Shown here piece by piece: positions 33,650-43,272 of a stretch of 61,460 bases of DNA (its first letter is position 1; each line of letters starts with the position of its first letter). The notes under the pieces are model-generated. The model had not been told where the DNA came from. It saw only the letters and a list, made by a program, of their open reading frames with translations, and ran no database searches. Origin of the DNA: an uncultured Clostridia bacterium (lineage in GTDB: Bacteria; Bacillota; Clostridia; Oscillospirales; Ruminococcaceae); contig CANRKQ010000001.1 of NCBI GenBank assembly GCA_947631265.1, forward strand, positions 1-61,460, in the 5' to 3' direction. Made by a program: the position numbers and the translations under genes.

Positions 33650-34390
33650 TTACATTGAAAGTCCGCCGCTTATTTCGATAACCTGTCCCGTGACATAGCT
33701 TGCGTCCTCTGAAACTAGGAAGGATACAACACCTGCGATCTCTTCAACAGTACCGCATCTTTTCATTGCTATTACCGAAAGCATAGCGTTTCTCTGTTCC
33801 TCTGTCAAAGCGTCAGTCATAGGTGTTTTTATAAATCCGGGAGCAACTGCATTTACGTTTATACCTCTGGAGCCAAGCTCTTTAGCGGCGGTTTTTGTCA
33901 TACCTATAATAGCTGCTTTAGATGCGGAATAGTTAAACTGTCCGGGATTTCCGTAAAGACCGGCAACAGATGCTAGGTTTACTATTTTACCGTTTCTTTG
34001 GCGCATCATCACAGAACCGACGTGTTTCATCATATTAAATACGCTTTTTTGATTCACTGCAATAACAGCGTCATATTGCTGCTCGCTCATACGGGCAAGA
34101 AGTCCGTCTTTGGTAATACCTGCGTTGTTGACCAATACGTCGATCGAACCAAACTCCGCCTTTATATCCTTGACCATTTTTTCACAGTCATCGTACTTTG
34201 AAACATCGCAAGGATAAACAGTTGCCTTAACGCCAAAGCTTTCACATTCTGACCTTACAGTCTCTGCGTTTGCTTTGTCTCCGTCGCTGGGATAGCAGTT
34301 GATTATACAGTCAAAGCCGTCTTTTGCAAGTCTTTTTATTATACAAGCGCCTATTCCCTGAGACGCGCCCGTAACTATTGCTGTTGCCAT
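33650..34390 (-). CDS. fabG: 3-oxoacyl-ACP reductase
   Basis: SDR family motifs TGASQGIG and YSASKAA. Confidence 0.9.
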   Translation of the reverse strand: MATAIVTGASQGIGACIIKRLAKDGFDCIINCYPSDGDKANAETVRSECESFGVKATVYPCDVSKYDDCEKMVKDIKAEFGSIDVLVNNAGITKDGLLARMSEQQYDAVIAVNQKSVFNMMKHVGSVMMRQRNGKIVNLASVAGLYGNPGQFNYSASKAAIIGMTKTAAKELGSRGINVNAVAPGFIKTPMTDALTEEQRNAMLSVIAMKRCGTVEEIAGVVSFLVSEDASYVTGQVIEISGGLSM

Positions 34391-34437
34391 ACACTTTTCC
34401 TCCGTTATTTATCTGTAGCTGTTTTAAGATGATTTTG

Positions 34438-35367
34438 TTATTTGTTAAGCAGACTCTCAGCCTGTGAGAACATCTCCTCTATAATATCCCTGCAAGGCTT
34501 GACCTCTGTGATCATACCTGCAATCGCACCGCATAAGAACGAGCCTTCCTCAAGGTTTCCGTCCTGAACAGCTTTTCTCAGCGAGCCTAGAGTGATTTCT
34601 TCAAATTCGTCAGGCGTAAGACTTCCGTCTTTTTCACCTGAAACAAGCCTTTTAGCAAACTTTGTTTTCACATTTCTGCAAGGGTGTCCCGTTGACCGCC
34701 CTGTAACAATGCTGTCTGTATCCTTTGCTTTTACAACAAGCTCTTTATACGTCGGGTGAATCTGACATTCCTCTGCGGCAAGAAAGCGTGTTCCGACTTG
34801 AACGCCCTCTGCTCCCAGCATAATAGACGCGGCGATTCCCCTGCCGTCTGCAATTCCACCTGCTGCGATAACCGGAATATCAAGAGCGTCAGCCACCTGC
34901 GGAACAAGGCACATTGTTGTGTTCTCGCCGATATGTCCGCCCGATTCAGTACCCTCGGCAACGACGGCGTCTGCGCCTGCTCTTTCCATTCTCTTTGCGA
35001 GCGCAACCGACGGAATAACCGGTATGACCTTTATTCCTGCCTCTTTCCAAGAATCCATAAACTTACCGGGATTTCCTGCACCGGTCGTGACGATAGGAAC
35101 TTCCTCCTCAACGACCAGCCTAGCCAGATCCTCGGCGTTAGGAGACATAAGCATAATATTTACTCCGAACGGCTTGCCGTTTACAGTCGCTTTGGTTTTT
35201 CTTATCTGTTCTCTTAGATAGTCAATAGGGGCAGAGCCGCCTGCTATAAGACCAAGTCCTCCCGCATTTGATACGGCAGACGCGAGAGTTGATTCTGCTA
35301 TCCAAGCCATACCGCCCTGAATTATAGGGTATTTTATACCTAAAAGCTCAGTTATTTTAGTATTCAT
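34438..35367 (-). CDS. fabK: enoyl-ACP reductase II (FMN-dependent, FabK type)
   Basis: ITELLGIKYPIIQGGMAWIAES...AGGLGLIAGG closely resembles the streptococcal FabK N-terminus. Located inside the fab cluster. Confidence 0.85.
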   Translation of the reverse strand: MNTKITELLGIKYPIIQGGMAWIAESTLASAVSNAGGLGLIAGGSAPIDYLREQIRKTKATVNGKPFGVNIMLMSPNAEDLARLVVEEEVPIVTTGAGNPGKFMDSWKEAGIKVIPVIPSVALAKRMERAGADAVVAEGTESGGHIGENTTMCLVPQVADALDIPVIAAGGIADGRGIAASIMLGAEGVQVGTRFLAAEECQIHPTYKELVVKAKDTDSIVTGRSTGHPCRNVKTKFAKRLVSGEKDGSLTPDEFEEITLGSLRKAVQDGNLEEGSFLCGAIAGMITEVKPCRDIIEEMFSQAESLLNK

Positions 35368-35405
35368 CGAATTTCCTCATTTCTGTTTATTATTAAAGAC
35401 TAAAA

Positions 35406-36401
35406 TTAAAATTCAAACACAACTCCGCCGTAGGTAAGTCCCGCACCAAAGCCTACGATACAAGCCTTATTGCCTTTTTTCAGATTGCCGTCTTTAACAG
35501 CGTCATACAATGCCATGGGAACAGACGCGCTTGAGGTGTTGCCGTGGTTTTCGAGATTCAAATAGAACTTGTCCATAGAAAGCCCGAGGTTCTTTGCGGC
35601 GGTTTCTATTATTCTGATATTTGCCTGATGCGGAATTATAAGGTCTAGATCGGCAGGGGTTATGCCGATTTTTTCACAAGAATTAATAACCGCTGATGGG
35701 AGCGTTTTTGTGGCAAATTTGTAGACCTCTTTGCCGTTTTGAAACAGATAATGACTATTTCCGTCAGGCATTTTATCGTCAAATCTATCGTGGTTAGTGG
35801 TAAACGGAGTTTCTGACTGATAGCTTCTTACAAGAAGAAATTCAGCGCCTGTTCCGTCAGCGCCGAGATAGCTTGAGAACATCTTGTTATCGTTGAGTTC
35901 CAGAACTACCGCCGCCGCCCCGTCTCCGAACAGTATGCAGGTTGAACGGTCGGTATAATCGGTGATTTTTGAAAGCTCCTCGGCTGATACGACCAAAGCA
36001 TACTTAATGTCTTTATCAGTCTCTAAATATCTTTTAGCCATATCAAAGGCGTATACAAATCCTGAGCAAGCGCAATTTATATCAATCGCTAATGAACCTA
36101 TAGCTCCGATTTCTCTCTGAATAAGACAGGAAACAGACGGAGTTGAAAAATCATTTGTAATAGTAGTAACAATTATAATTCCGATGTCTTTTGGATCAAT
36201 GTCTGCGTCTTGTACGGCCTCTTTTGCAGCCATTGCGCCCAGATGATAAGTAGGTTCGCCGTTTGTGATGTGTCTGGATTTTATTCCTGTTCTTGTAGTT
36301 ATCCACTCATCGTTGGTGTCCACAATTTCAGACAGCATATCGTTTGTAACTATTAAGTCGGGAACGTACTTACCTACGCCAATGATGTTTACACCGGTCA
36401 T
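35406..36401 (-). CDS. fabH: 3-oxoacyl-ACP synthase III
   Basis: Active-site Cys context NCACSGF, plus HQAN and GNTS motifs. Confidence 0.92.
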   Translation of the reverse strand: MTGVNIIGVGKYVPDLIVTNDMLSEIVDTNDEWITTRTGIKSRHITNGEPTYHLGAMAAKEAVQDADIDPKDIGIIIVTTITNDFSTPSVSCLIQREIGAIGSLAIDINCACSGFVYAFDMAKRYLETDKDIKYALVVSAEELSKITDYTDRSTCILFGDGAAAVVLELNDNKMFSSYLGADGTGAEFLLVRSYQSETPFTTNHDRFDDKMPDGNSHYLFQNGKEVYKFATKTLPSAVINSCEKIGITPADLDLIIPHQANIRIIETAAKNLGLSMDKFYLNLENHGNTSSASVPMALYDAVKDGNLKKGNKACIVGFGAGLTYGGVVFEF

Positions 36402-36688
36402 ACAAAAATTCCTCTCTCTTTCATATTGAAAAATTTATAAATAAATGATATAATCTTGACTGTACAATGCTTAAAAAAATCAATACCTCATTGATAATCA
36501 TTATAAGCAACGCCCATAACAGCTAAACGCAGGTATTTGCCGGGGCTTTTCATAAAAAGCAGCCGACGTTTCAAGGGCGGAGTTCTGGTTGATGTTATAT
36601 ATTATACTATTTTTATGAAAAAAGGTCAACATTTATTTGTTAATAACAATTGTTTGATTGCTATTATATTAAGATAAGGGGTAGTTAT

Positions 36689-37615
36689 ATGTCTAAAAAT
36701 GTATTTATGTTTTCGGGACAAGGTTCGCAGTATGTAGGAATGGCAAAGGATTTATATGATAATTTTGAAGGTTCAAAGAAGATATTCTCCATTGCCGAAG
36801 ATGTTTTGGGCTATGACCTTGCGGGAATAGTTTTTGAGGGTCCTGATACTGAGCTGAACAAAACAGCAGTTTCGCAGCCTGCCATAATGGCAGCGTCGCT
36901 TTGCGCACTTGAGGCTGTTAAGGCAAAGGGAATAGAGTGCGGGGCGGTTGCAGGACATTCGCTAGGCGAATATGCGGCGATGGTTTGTTCGGGTATGCTG
37001 AGTGTGGAAGACGGCTTTAAAGTAATAAAAGCAAGGGCAGAGGCAATGCAGAAAGCGGCAGAAAGTTCAGACGGTGCTATGTGTGCAATAATCGGCTTGT
37101 CAGCAAGCGAGGTCGAAGAGATTTGCGGATCAATAGACGGTTATGTTGTTCCTGTAAATTACAATTCATCTGTTCAGACGGTGATAGCAGGAGATACTGA
37201 CGCTATTGAAAAGGCTATAGAGGTATTTACCGAGAAAAAGGCAAGAGCAGTTAAACTTAATGTAGCGGCAGCTTTTCACTCAAGGCTTATGCAGCCTGCC
37301 GCAGATGAATTTCAAGAGGCAATTAAAAATATAGAATTTAATGCGCCGACGGTTGATTTTTACAGTAATGTTTTAGGAGATAAGCTGACTGACTTTTCAA
37401 ATATGCCGGAGCTTTTGGCTAAGCATATTGTTTCGCCTGTCAAGTTTACAAGCGAGTTGGAAAAAATGAAGAACGCTGGTTTTGATACATTTATTGAACT
37501 CGGACCAAATAAGGTTTTGACAGGGCTGGTAAGAAAAACTCTCACAGAAGTCGAATTTGCAAATGTTGAGAATATGAAGACCTTGGAAAAGGCTGTTGAA
37601 AAAATCAATCTGTAG
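36689..37615 (+). CDS. fabD: malonyl CoA-ACP transacylase
   Basis: FMFSGQGSQY and GHSLGEYAA. Start moved to the ATG after AAGGGG. Divergent from fabH. Confidence 0.92.
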   Translation: MSKNVFMFSGQGSQYVGMAKDLYDNFEGSKKIFSIAEDVLGYDLAGIVFEGPDTELNKTAVSQPAIMAASLCALEAVKAKGIECGAVAGHSLGEYAAMVCSGMLSVEDGFKVIKARAEAMQKAAESSDGAMCAIIGLSASEVEEICGSIDGYVVPVNYNSSVQTVIAGDTDAIEKAIEVFTEKKARAVKLNVAAAFHSRLMQPAADEFQEAIKNIEFNAPTVDFYSNVLGDKLTDFSNMPELLAKHIVSPVKFTSELEKMKNAGFDTFIELGPNKVLTGLVRKTLTEVEFANVENMKTLEKAVEKINL

Positions 37616-37640
37616 TAAATTACATAATTAAATATACATA

Positions 37641-37677
37641 AGCCATACCGACCGTTTAAGTCAGTATGGCTTTTTTA
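37641..37677. terminator. terminator between fabD and the Rieske/FAD gene
   Basis: agccataccgac-cgtttaa-gtcagtatggct followed by TTTTTT. Confidence 0.75.
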
Positions 37678-37686
37678 TTGCGGGTG

Positions 37687-38982
37687 TTATTTGAGATTTC
37701 CCGTAGAAGGGTTTTCAAGCAATATGCCGTCGCTGGTAAAACGCGAGCCGTGGCAAGGGCAGTCCCACGAGTGTTCTGCGCTGTTCCATTTTAACGCGCA
37801 GCCGAGATGAGGACAGCGTTTTGCAGTAGGGGTAAGCAGGTTTACGGTTGCCTCAAATGCATTTACCGCAAGCTGAGGTGTTAATATACTTCTCGATGGG
37901 TTAAAAACATTCGCCCATTCTGGTTTTTTACCCATTACCATATCGCTCAAAAGCATAGCCGATACCATTGAAGATGTCATTCCCCATTTGTTAAAGCCCG
38001 TAGCAACATAGATGTCGTTCAGCCGCTTTGAATAATGCCCTATATACGGAATACCGTCTAGGCTCATACAATCCTGCGCCGCCCAGTGAAATTTTTCTAC
38101 AGCGTTTGGATAGTTTCTTGAGGCAAAATGCCTAAGTTCAGACCAGTTTCCGCCCTTTTTTCCTGTGCGGTGCGAGCCGCCTCCTAAAAGAAGATACTTT
38201 CCGTAATTTCTGAATGATAATCCCTTTTTGTTTTCGTCAACATACATACCCTTTAGCTCAGGAGCGTTTTCTAAGGCGATAACATATGAACGGTGCTGAT
38301 AAAGCTTTAAAAAGTAACTGCCGTGCTTGTTCATAAAAGGAAAATGCGTAGCGGTAATTATTTTGTTTGCCTGAATTTCCCCTCTGTCTGTGAGCGCTTT
38401 GTTATTTCTTATTTCACGAACAAAGGTGTTTTCCAGTATATTAAGACCTTTACATATTTCTGATGTGAATTTCAAAGGGTTAAATTGCGCCTGATCAGAA
38501 AATTTTACTGCGCCTGCCGTTTTAAACGGCAAAGATACATTTTTAACAAGATGCGCCTTAAACCCTATCTTTGAAAGAGCGTAAAACTCTTTTTCAAGAA
38601 GCGATATATCGTCAAGCGAATAGACGTAGTTATCCTTGATTTCATAATCGCAGTCAATTTTTGAGCACAGCTTTTGATATTCTTTTAAAGCAGACTGATT
38701 TGCGTAAAGATACATTGACGTTTTCTCTGCGCCTAGCTTTTTGAGCAATTTGTAATATATAAGCCCGTGCTGAGAGGTTATTTTTGCGGTAGTGTTTGCG
38801 GTTGTTCCAGAGCAGATTTTTCCTCCCTCGGCAAGGATATAGTCAACGCCCTTTTGTTTCAGAAGGTATGCGCATAAAATTCCTGCCAGACCTCCGCCGA
38901 TTATCAAAACGTCGGTCTTTTTTTTGCCCTCAAGCCGCGGAAACTGCGGAAAGCTGATATTTTCGTTCCATATTGAAGTCAT
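37687..38982 (-). CDS. FAD-dependent oxidoreductase fused to a C-terminal Rieske [2Fe-2S] domain
   Basis: N-terminal DVLIIGGGLAGILCA. C-terminal CPHLGC...CPCHGSRF. Confidence 0.75.
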   Translation of the reverse strand: MTSIWNENISFPQFPRLEGKKKTDVLIIGGGLAGILCAYLLKQKGVDYILAEGGKICSGTTANTTAKITSQHGLIYYKLLKKLGAEKTSMYLYANQSALKEYQKLCSKIDCDYEIKDNYVYSLDDISLLEKEFYALSKIGFKAHLVKNVSLPFKTAGAVKFSDQAQFNPLKFTSEICKGLNILENTFVREIRNNKALTDRGEIQANKIITATHFPFMNKHGSYFLKLYQHRSYVIALENAPELKGMYVDENKKGLSFRNYGKYLLLGGGSHRTGKKGGNWSELRHFASRNYPNAVEKFHWAAQDCMSLDGIPYIGHYSKRLNDIYVATGFNKWGMTSSMVSAMLLSDMVMGKKPEWANVFNPSRSILTPQLAVNAFEATVNLLTPTAKRCPHLGCALKWNSAEHSWDCPCHGSRFTSDGILLENPSTGNLK

Positions 38983-39194
38983 AATGATCCTCCTCTATTA
39001 TTGAAATGGCTTTAACTTGTCAGTTAAAACGATTTTACATTCTTTTTATTATTATTTACAGTAAATGCTATGTTATCAGAAATTTATATAAATTTAGAAA
39101 GAAAACAAAGGCAAACATATTTTGGTAACAAAATTATTCAAATAATCATATTATTAATTCAGGGGCTGTTGTAGTTACTATAGGAGGTCTGCCG

Positions 39195-40280
39195 ATGCCG
39201 ACGATAAGCTTATGTATGATTGTAAAAAACGAAGAAAGCGTTCTGGGAAGATGTTTATCTTGTGTCAAGGATATTGCAGACGAGATCATAGTTGTTGACA
39301 CAGGGTCTGAGGACAAAACAAAAGAAATTGCTGCAATGTACACTGATAAAATATACGATTTTGAATGGATTGACGATTTTGCGGCTGCAAGAAATTTTTC
39401 GTTTTCAAAAGCGAAAATGGATTATATAATGTGGCTGGACGCTGACGATATTATCGACTATGAAAATCGGCAAAAGCTTTTGGAGCTGAAATCATCACTT
39501 GACCTATCGACAGATATAGTAATGATGAAGTATCATGTTGCTTTTGACGATAATGATAATCCGACATTTTCATATTACAGAGAAAGACTTATGAAAAGGT
39601 CGCGTCATTTTTTGTGGAAGGGTGAAATTCATGAGGTAATAACACCCAGCGGAAATATAAAGTACTGTGACGTTGCAGTTTTTCATAAAAAGCTTAAGGT
39701 GAACGATCCCGATCGAAATATAAGGATCTTTGAAAAGCTTTTGAAAGAAGGTAAAAAACTTGAGACCAGACAAAAATTCTATTATGCTCGGGAATTATAC
39801 TATCACGAAAAATATTCGGAGGCAGTAAAAGTATTTGAAGAATTTTTTAATGCTGATGATAAGTGGATTGAAAACAGCATAAGCGCGTGTCTGGACATAT
39901 CCAGGTGCTATTTAAGGCTGGGTGATGAAAACAAAGCGTTGCAGAGTCTTTTTAACAGCTTTATTTATGACAGTCCCCGGGCAGAAATCTGCTGTGAAAT
40001 AGGATTTATAAAAATGAAGAATAAAAAATATAACGAAGCAATATTTTGGTATGAGCTTGCATCTAAGATGAAGTATCCTATTCAAAGCGGCGGTTTTTCA
40101 TCAGTTGACTGCTATGGATATATTCCTTATATGCAGCTTTGCGTGTGTTATGATAAGATAGGAAAATATCAGGAAGCTTGTAATTATAATGAAAAAGCAG
40201 GAAAAATTAAACCTGACGATAAAAATTATCTTGCAAATAAAAGGTATTTTGATCAGCGATTAAAAAATATCAAAAAATAA
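39195..40280 (+). CDS. family 2 glycosyltransferase with C-terminal TPR repeats
   Basis: [11 protein letters not shown]...[10 protein letters not shown]...DADD (GT2 fold), then TPR-like repeats (YYARELYY..., AIFWYELA...). Confidence 0.8.
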   Translation: MPTISLCMIVKNEESVLGRCLSCVKDIADEIIVVDTGSEDKTKEIAAMYTDKIYDFEWIDDFAAARNFSFSKAKMDYIMWLDADDIIDYENRQKLLELKSSLDLSTDIVMMKYHVAFDDNDNPTFSYYRERLMKRSRHFLWKGEIHEVITPSGNIKYCDVAVFHKKLKVNDPDRNIRIFEKLLKEGKKLETRQKFYYARELYYHEKYSEAVKVFEEFFNADDKWIENSISACLDISRCYLRLGDENKALQSLFNSFIYDSPRAEICCEIGFIKMKNKKYNEAIFWYELASKMKYPIQSGGFSSVDCYGYIPYMQLCVCYDKIGKYQEACNYNEKAGKIKPDDKNYLANKRYFDQRLKNIKK

Positions 40281-40300
40281 TTTTAGGGGGAAAGCTTTAT

Positions 40301-41308
40301 ATGAATATTTATAGAGGTTCAGGTGATTGCTCAGACAGCACAAACATCAAGTTTTGCAATCCTTGCTGTTCGTCCGTATGCTGTCCGTCAATGATTGCAG
40401 GACCTACAGGCGCAACCGGAGTAACAGGAGCTACTGGTCCTACAGGTCCTACAGGTCCGACAGGACCGACCGGTGCGACGGGAATAGCAGGAGCTGCAGG
40501 AGTAACCGGACCAACCGGTGCAACTGGTCCAACAGGTGCGACAGGACCAATAGGTCCGACAGGTGCTACCGGAGCCGCAGGCTTAGACGGTGCAGCAGGA
40601 GCAACAGGTGCTACTGGTGTAACAGGACCAACAGGACCGACCGGTGCGACAGGAGCTGCAGGCTTAGACGGTGCAGCAGGAGCAACAGGCGCTACTGGTC
40701 CAACAGGACCAACTGGTGCAACAGGACCAATAGGTCCAACTGGCGCTACCGGAGCAACAGGTGCAACCGGAGCAACAGGCGCTACCGGAGTTACAGGTCC
40801 TTCTGGTCCAACAGGTCCTTCTGGCCCGACTGGCCCGACTGGCCCGACTGGTCCTTCTGGTCCTACAGGTCCGGCAGCAGGATTGGCAGCATTCGGAGGA
40901 CTTTATGATGATACTACGGGAGCACTTACTCTTGCAGTAGGAACACCTACACAAGTTCCTCTTTCAACAGCAATGCCTACTCTGGATGTAACCGCAGCTG
41001 ACAATAGCTTAACTGTAGAACAAGGTGGAATATATGAAATAACCTACTCGCAATTGGCATCTGTAGCAGCTGGAGCAACTTTGACATTTGCGGTACGTGT
41101 AAATGGTGTTAATATTCCGGAGACAGAAACTTCAAGAGTTCTGGCTGTTGGTGTAAGCGATTTGTTCAGCGGAAGCGTCATAGTAACTCTTAACGCCGGA
41201 GACGTTGTTGATATGGCTGTTTCTTCGCTGGTTTCAGTAGGAGTAACATTAGGAGACGGTGTTAATGCATCACTTGTTATTAAAAAGATAAGCGATTTAC
41301 CTGCATAA
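40301..41308 (+). CDS. collagen-like (GXT repeat) protein with BclA/C1q-like C-terminal domain; putative exosporium or spore-surface glycoprotein
   Basis: Cys-rich 33-aa N-terminus, 53 uninterrupted Gly-X-Y triplets that are mostly GPT/GAT, and a beta-rich C-terminal domain of about 140 aa. Confidence 0.8.
   Translation: MNIYRGSGDCSDSTNIKFCNPCCSSVCCPSMIAGPTGATGVTGATGPTGPTGPTGPTGATGIAGAAGVTGPTGATGPTGATGPIGPTGATGAAGLDGAAGATGATGVTGPTGPTGATGAAGLDGAAGATGATGPTGPTGATGPIGPTGATGATGATGATGATGVTGPSGPTGPSGPTGPTGPTGPSGPTGPAAGLAAFGGLYDDTTGALTLAVGTPTQVPLSTAMPTLDVTAADNSLTVEQGGIYEITYSQLASVAAGATLTFAVRVNGVNIPETETSRVLAVGVSDLFSGSVIVTLNAGDVVDMAVSSLVSVGVTLGDGVNASLVIKKISDLPA
40400..40876 (+). repeat. 9-nt periodic collagen-triplet coding repeat with an internal 81-nt duplication
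   Basis: 53 GXY triplets. An exact 32-nt repeat, gcaggcttagacggtgcagcaggagcaacagg, occurs at 40577-40608 and 40658-40689. Confidence 0.9.
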
Positions 41309-41390
41309 ACAAAAACAGACTGGATAATATATTGCTTAATGATATAGATATTTTTAAATTAAGATGTAACAACAGTAAGCAATATAATAA

Positions 41391-41432
41391 AAGCCATACT
41401 TGCCGACAAGGCTTGTATGGCTTTAGTTTTTT
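41391..41432. terminator. terminator after the collagen-like gene
   Basis: aagccatac...gtatggctt stem followed by tagtttttt. Confidence 0.7.
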
Positions 41433-41507
41433 AGCTATATATTTTAGTTATATATTAGAATGTAAGTTTTTACGAAAATACTTAAACGATTTTTTATGTC
41501 GAAGCTG

Positions 41508-42575
41508 TTACTCTGTAAGCGAATAGTAAACCTCTGCATATACATTGCTGTCAGTTTTAAAATAGAGTCCGTCACAGAATATATACCCGTTCTTTGTAAG
41601 ATAAATCTCTACAGTTGTTTCGTCTGACATATTTAGAAACAAAACAACTTTCTTGTCATTATTATCAAATACAGATTCATCGCCGCTAATGAGAGATGCG
41701 TTATTTAAACTGTCAAGAAATAATTTCTGATTTTTCTCAGATATTCTTGTTAAGATGTTGCTTTGATTAAACAAAGCTATATCCAGATTTGTACCGCTGT
41801 AAAAATTTATAAAGCTTAAATTTTTATCAATATGCAATATATCGTTAAAAAGCTCTGAGCCGCTGGATACCACAGATGTTTTGAGACTGTTTATATCGTC
41901 GAAAATATAAATATATCTTTTTTCTGTTGATTTGTCCTTTGTGACCATTCCCAGTCTGAAACTTTCTGAATAACCGTTTACAGTATAAACCTTTCCGTTT
42001 ACGTTTGATGTAACATCCTCAGTAGCTTTATTATCGATCTTTCCTGTTGTTTTACCCAGAAAAACATTCAGAAGTTTAGTTCTTGAATTATCGCTCTCTT
42101 CAAGCGAGCAGGTTTTAATATACGATTTTCCCTTGTAGATTATGACATCATTGCTGTTTTCGTCTAAATTTTTGTATGAGAAGTATTTATCCGGCGCGGA
42201 CGGTTTGTTTTCGTTTGACTTATCAGGAACAATAATGATTTCGTCAGGCTTGCCGGTAGTTGACTTGGCTGCTTTTTTAGTGGTTTTTGTCTGTACGGTT
42301 GTCGTTGGTTTGCCGGTGTTCTTTTTTGAGGTCTTTGTTTTATCGGTAGTTTTATAAGAAACAGACGTTTTATTAGATGTAACAGTCTGGTCGTTGACCG
42401 AGAGGGTTGGCATTTGATTTAAGTCGGAAAATAACGATGTGCTAAATAAAGCTATTGCTACACACGCCGCAAGCAACGAGCAGGTTACAAGTATGTTGTT
42501 TCTCTTTTCCCGAACCTTTTTCTTTTGCTCAACAAGCTTAAGAATTTTCTCGGTTTGTTCTTTATAGCTCCTCAT
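41508..42575 (-). CDS. single-pass membrane protein translationally coupled to the ECF sigma factor (putative non-canonical anti-sigma/sensor)
   Basis: 14-nt overlap with the sigma gene. About 27 aa cytoplasmic N-terminus, one TM (ILVTCSLLAACVAIALF), a K/T-rich linker, and an extracytoplasmic domain of about 220 aa. Confidence 0.55.
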   Translation of the reverse strand: MRSYKEQTEKILKLVEQKKKVREKRNNILVTCSLLAACVAIALFSTSLFSDLNQMPTLSVNDQTVTSNKTSVSYKTTDKTKTSKKNTGKPTTTVQTKTTKKAAKSTTGKPDEIIIVPDKSNENKPSAPDKYFSYKNLDENSNDVIIYKGKSYIKTCSLEESDNSRTKLLNVFLGKTTGKIDNKATEDVTSNVNGKVYTVNGYSESFRLGMVTKDKSTEKRYIYIFDDINSLKTSVVSSGSELFNDILHIDKNLSFINFYSGTNLDIALFNQSNILTRISEKNQKLFLDSLNNASLISGDESVFDNNDKKVVLFLNMSDETTVEIYLTKNGYIFCDGLYFKTDSNVYAEVYYSLTE

Positions 42576-43113
42576 AATTAAATCCCTCCTTTATCATGGT
42601 TTCTCTAAGAGCCTGCTTTGCTCTGAATACCAAGTTTTTGATTTGTTTGTTGTTCTTTTTCAGAACAAGCCCCGCCTCTTGGTATGACATTTCTTCAAAG
42701 TAAATCAGATATAAAACGTCGCTGTAGTCCTTTTTTATTTTCTTTAGACAAGCGCGCAGCTCTTCCTGCTGTTCACTTCTCACAACAGAACTCTCTAAAG
42801 CGCCTTCTTCGGCGGCGTCGCTGTCTGACAGAGCTATATGTGAATGTCTTTTATATTTGCGGATATAATCAATAGCATTGTTTCTTGCTATTCTGAAAAG
42901 CCATGTTTTAAATGAGTATTTTTCAATATACGGACTTCTCTTTACTATCAGCTCAGCAAAGGTGTCGGCTGCAAGATCCTCCGCAATTGCCAGATTTTTT
43001 ACATATCCGTTTATAAACAGTATCAAATTGTCATTAAACATCTTTACCAGTTCCTCAAGACCCGAATTATCTCCATTGAGGAATCTATAGTAACATTCCG
43101 CACCGATATTCAC
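42562..43113 (-). CDS. ECF-type RNA polymerase sigma factor
   Basis: Region 2 (FKTWLFRIARNNAIDYIRK) and region 4 (SYQEAGLVLKKNNKQIKNLVFRAKQAL). GTG start after AGAGGTG. Confidence 0.85.
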   Translation of the reverse strand: MNIGAECYYRFLNGDNSGLEELVKMFNDNLILFINGYVKNLAIAEDLAADTFAELIVKRSPYIEKYSFKTWLFRIARNNAIDYIRKYKRHSHIALSDSDAAEEGALESSVVRSEQQEELRACLKKIKKDYSDVLYLIYFEEMSYQEAGLVLKKNNKQIKNLVFRAKQALRETMIKEGFNYEEL

Positions 43114-43153
43114 AGATATTCACCTCTTGTCAGAAAATCAAATATGCACGTAA

Positions 43154-43187
43154 TATATAAGCGTTTAAAAACGCAAAAAGTCTCACT
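43154..43187 (-). promoter_or_regulatory. ECF-type promoter motif TGAGAC-N16-CGCT (copy upstream of the sigma operon)
   Basis: The minus strand reads AGTGAGACTTTTTGCGTTTTTAAACGCTTATATA. It matches the copy at 44322-44355 at 30 of 34 positions. Confidence 0.55.
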
Positions 43188-43231
43188 AAAAATATTAAAA
43201 AACCATATTTTTTGTAAAGCTCACTATTGGT

Positions 43232-43268
43232 TGTATATAGAAATCAGGCACAGATATGTGCCTGATTT
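43232..43268 (-). terminator. terminator after the LRR gene
   Basis: aaatcaggcaca-gata-tgtgcctgattt stem. Confidence 0.6.
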
Positions 43269-43272
43269 GCTT

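Noticed and set aside
40327-40954. ORFs 40327-40908 (+) and 40664-40954 (-) inside the collagen-like gene.
   Set aside because: They are alternative-frame and antisense read-throughs of the 9-nt periodic GXY repeat. Their translations are Arg/Ser/Cys/Asn low-complexity sequences, and neither has an RBS.
41332-41526. 64-aa ORF after the collagen gene. The 67-aa ORF at 43144-43347 is a similar case.
   Set aside because: They run through terminator hairpins or the ECF promoter motif and have no RBS.
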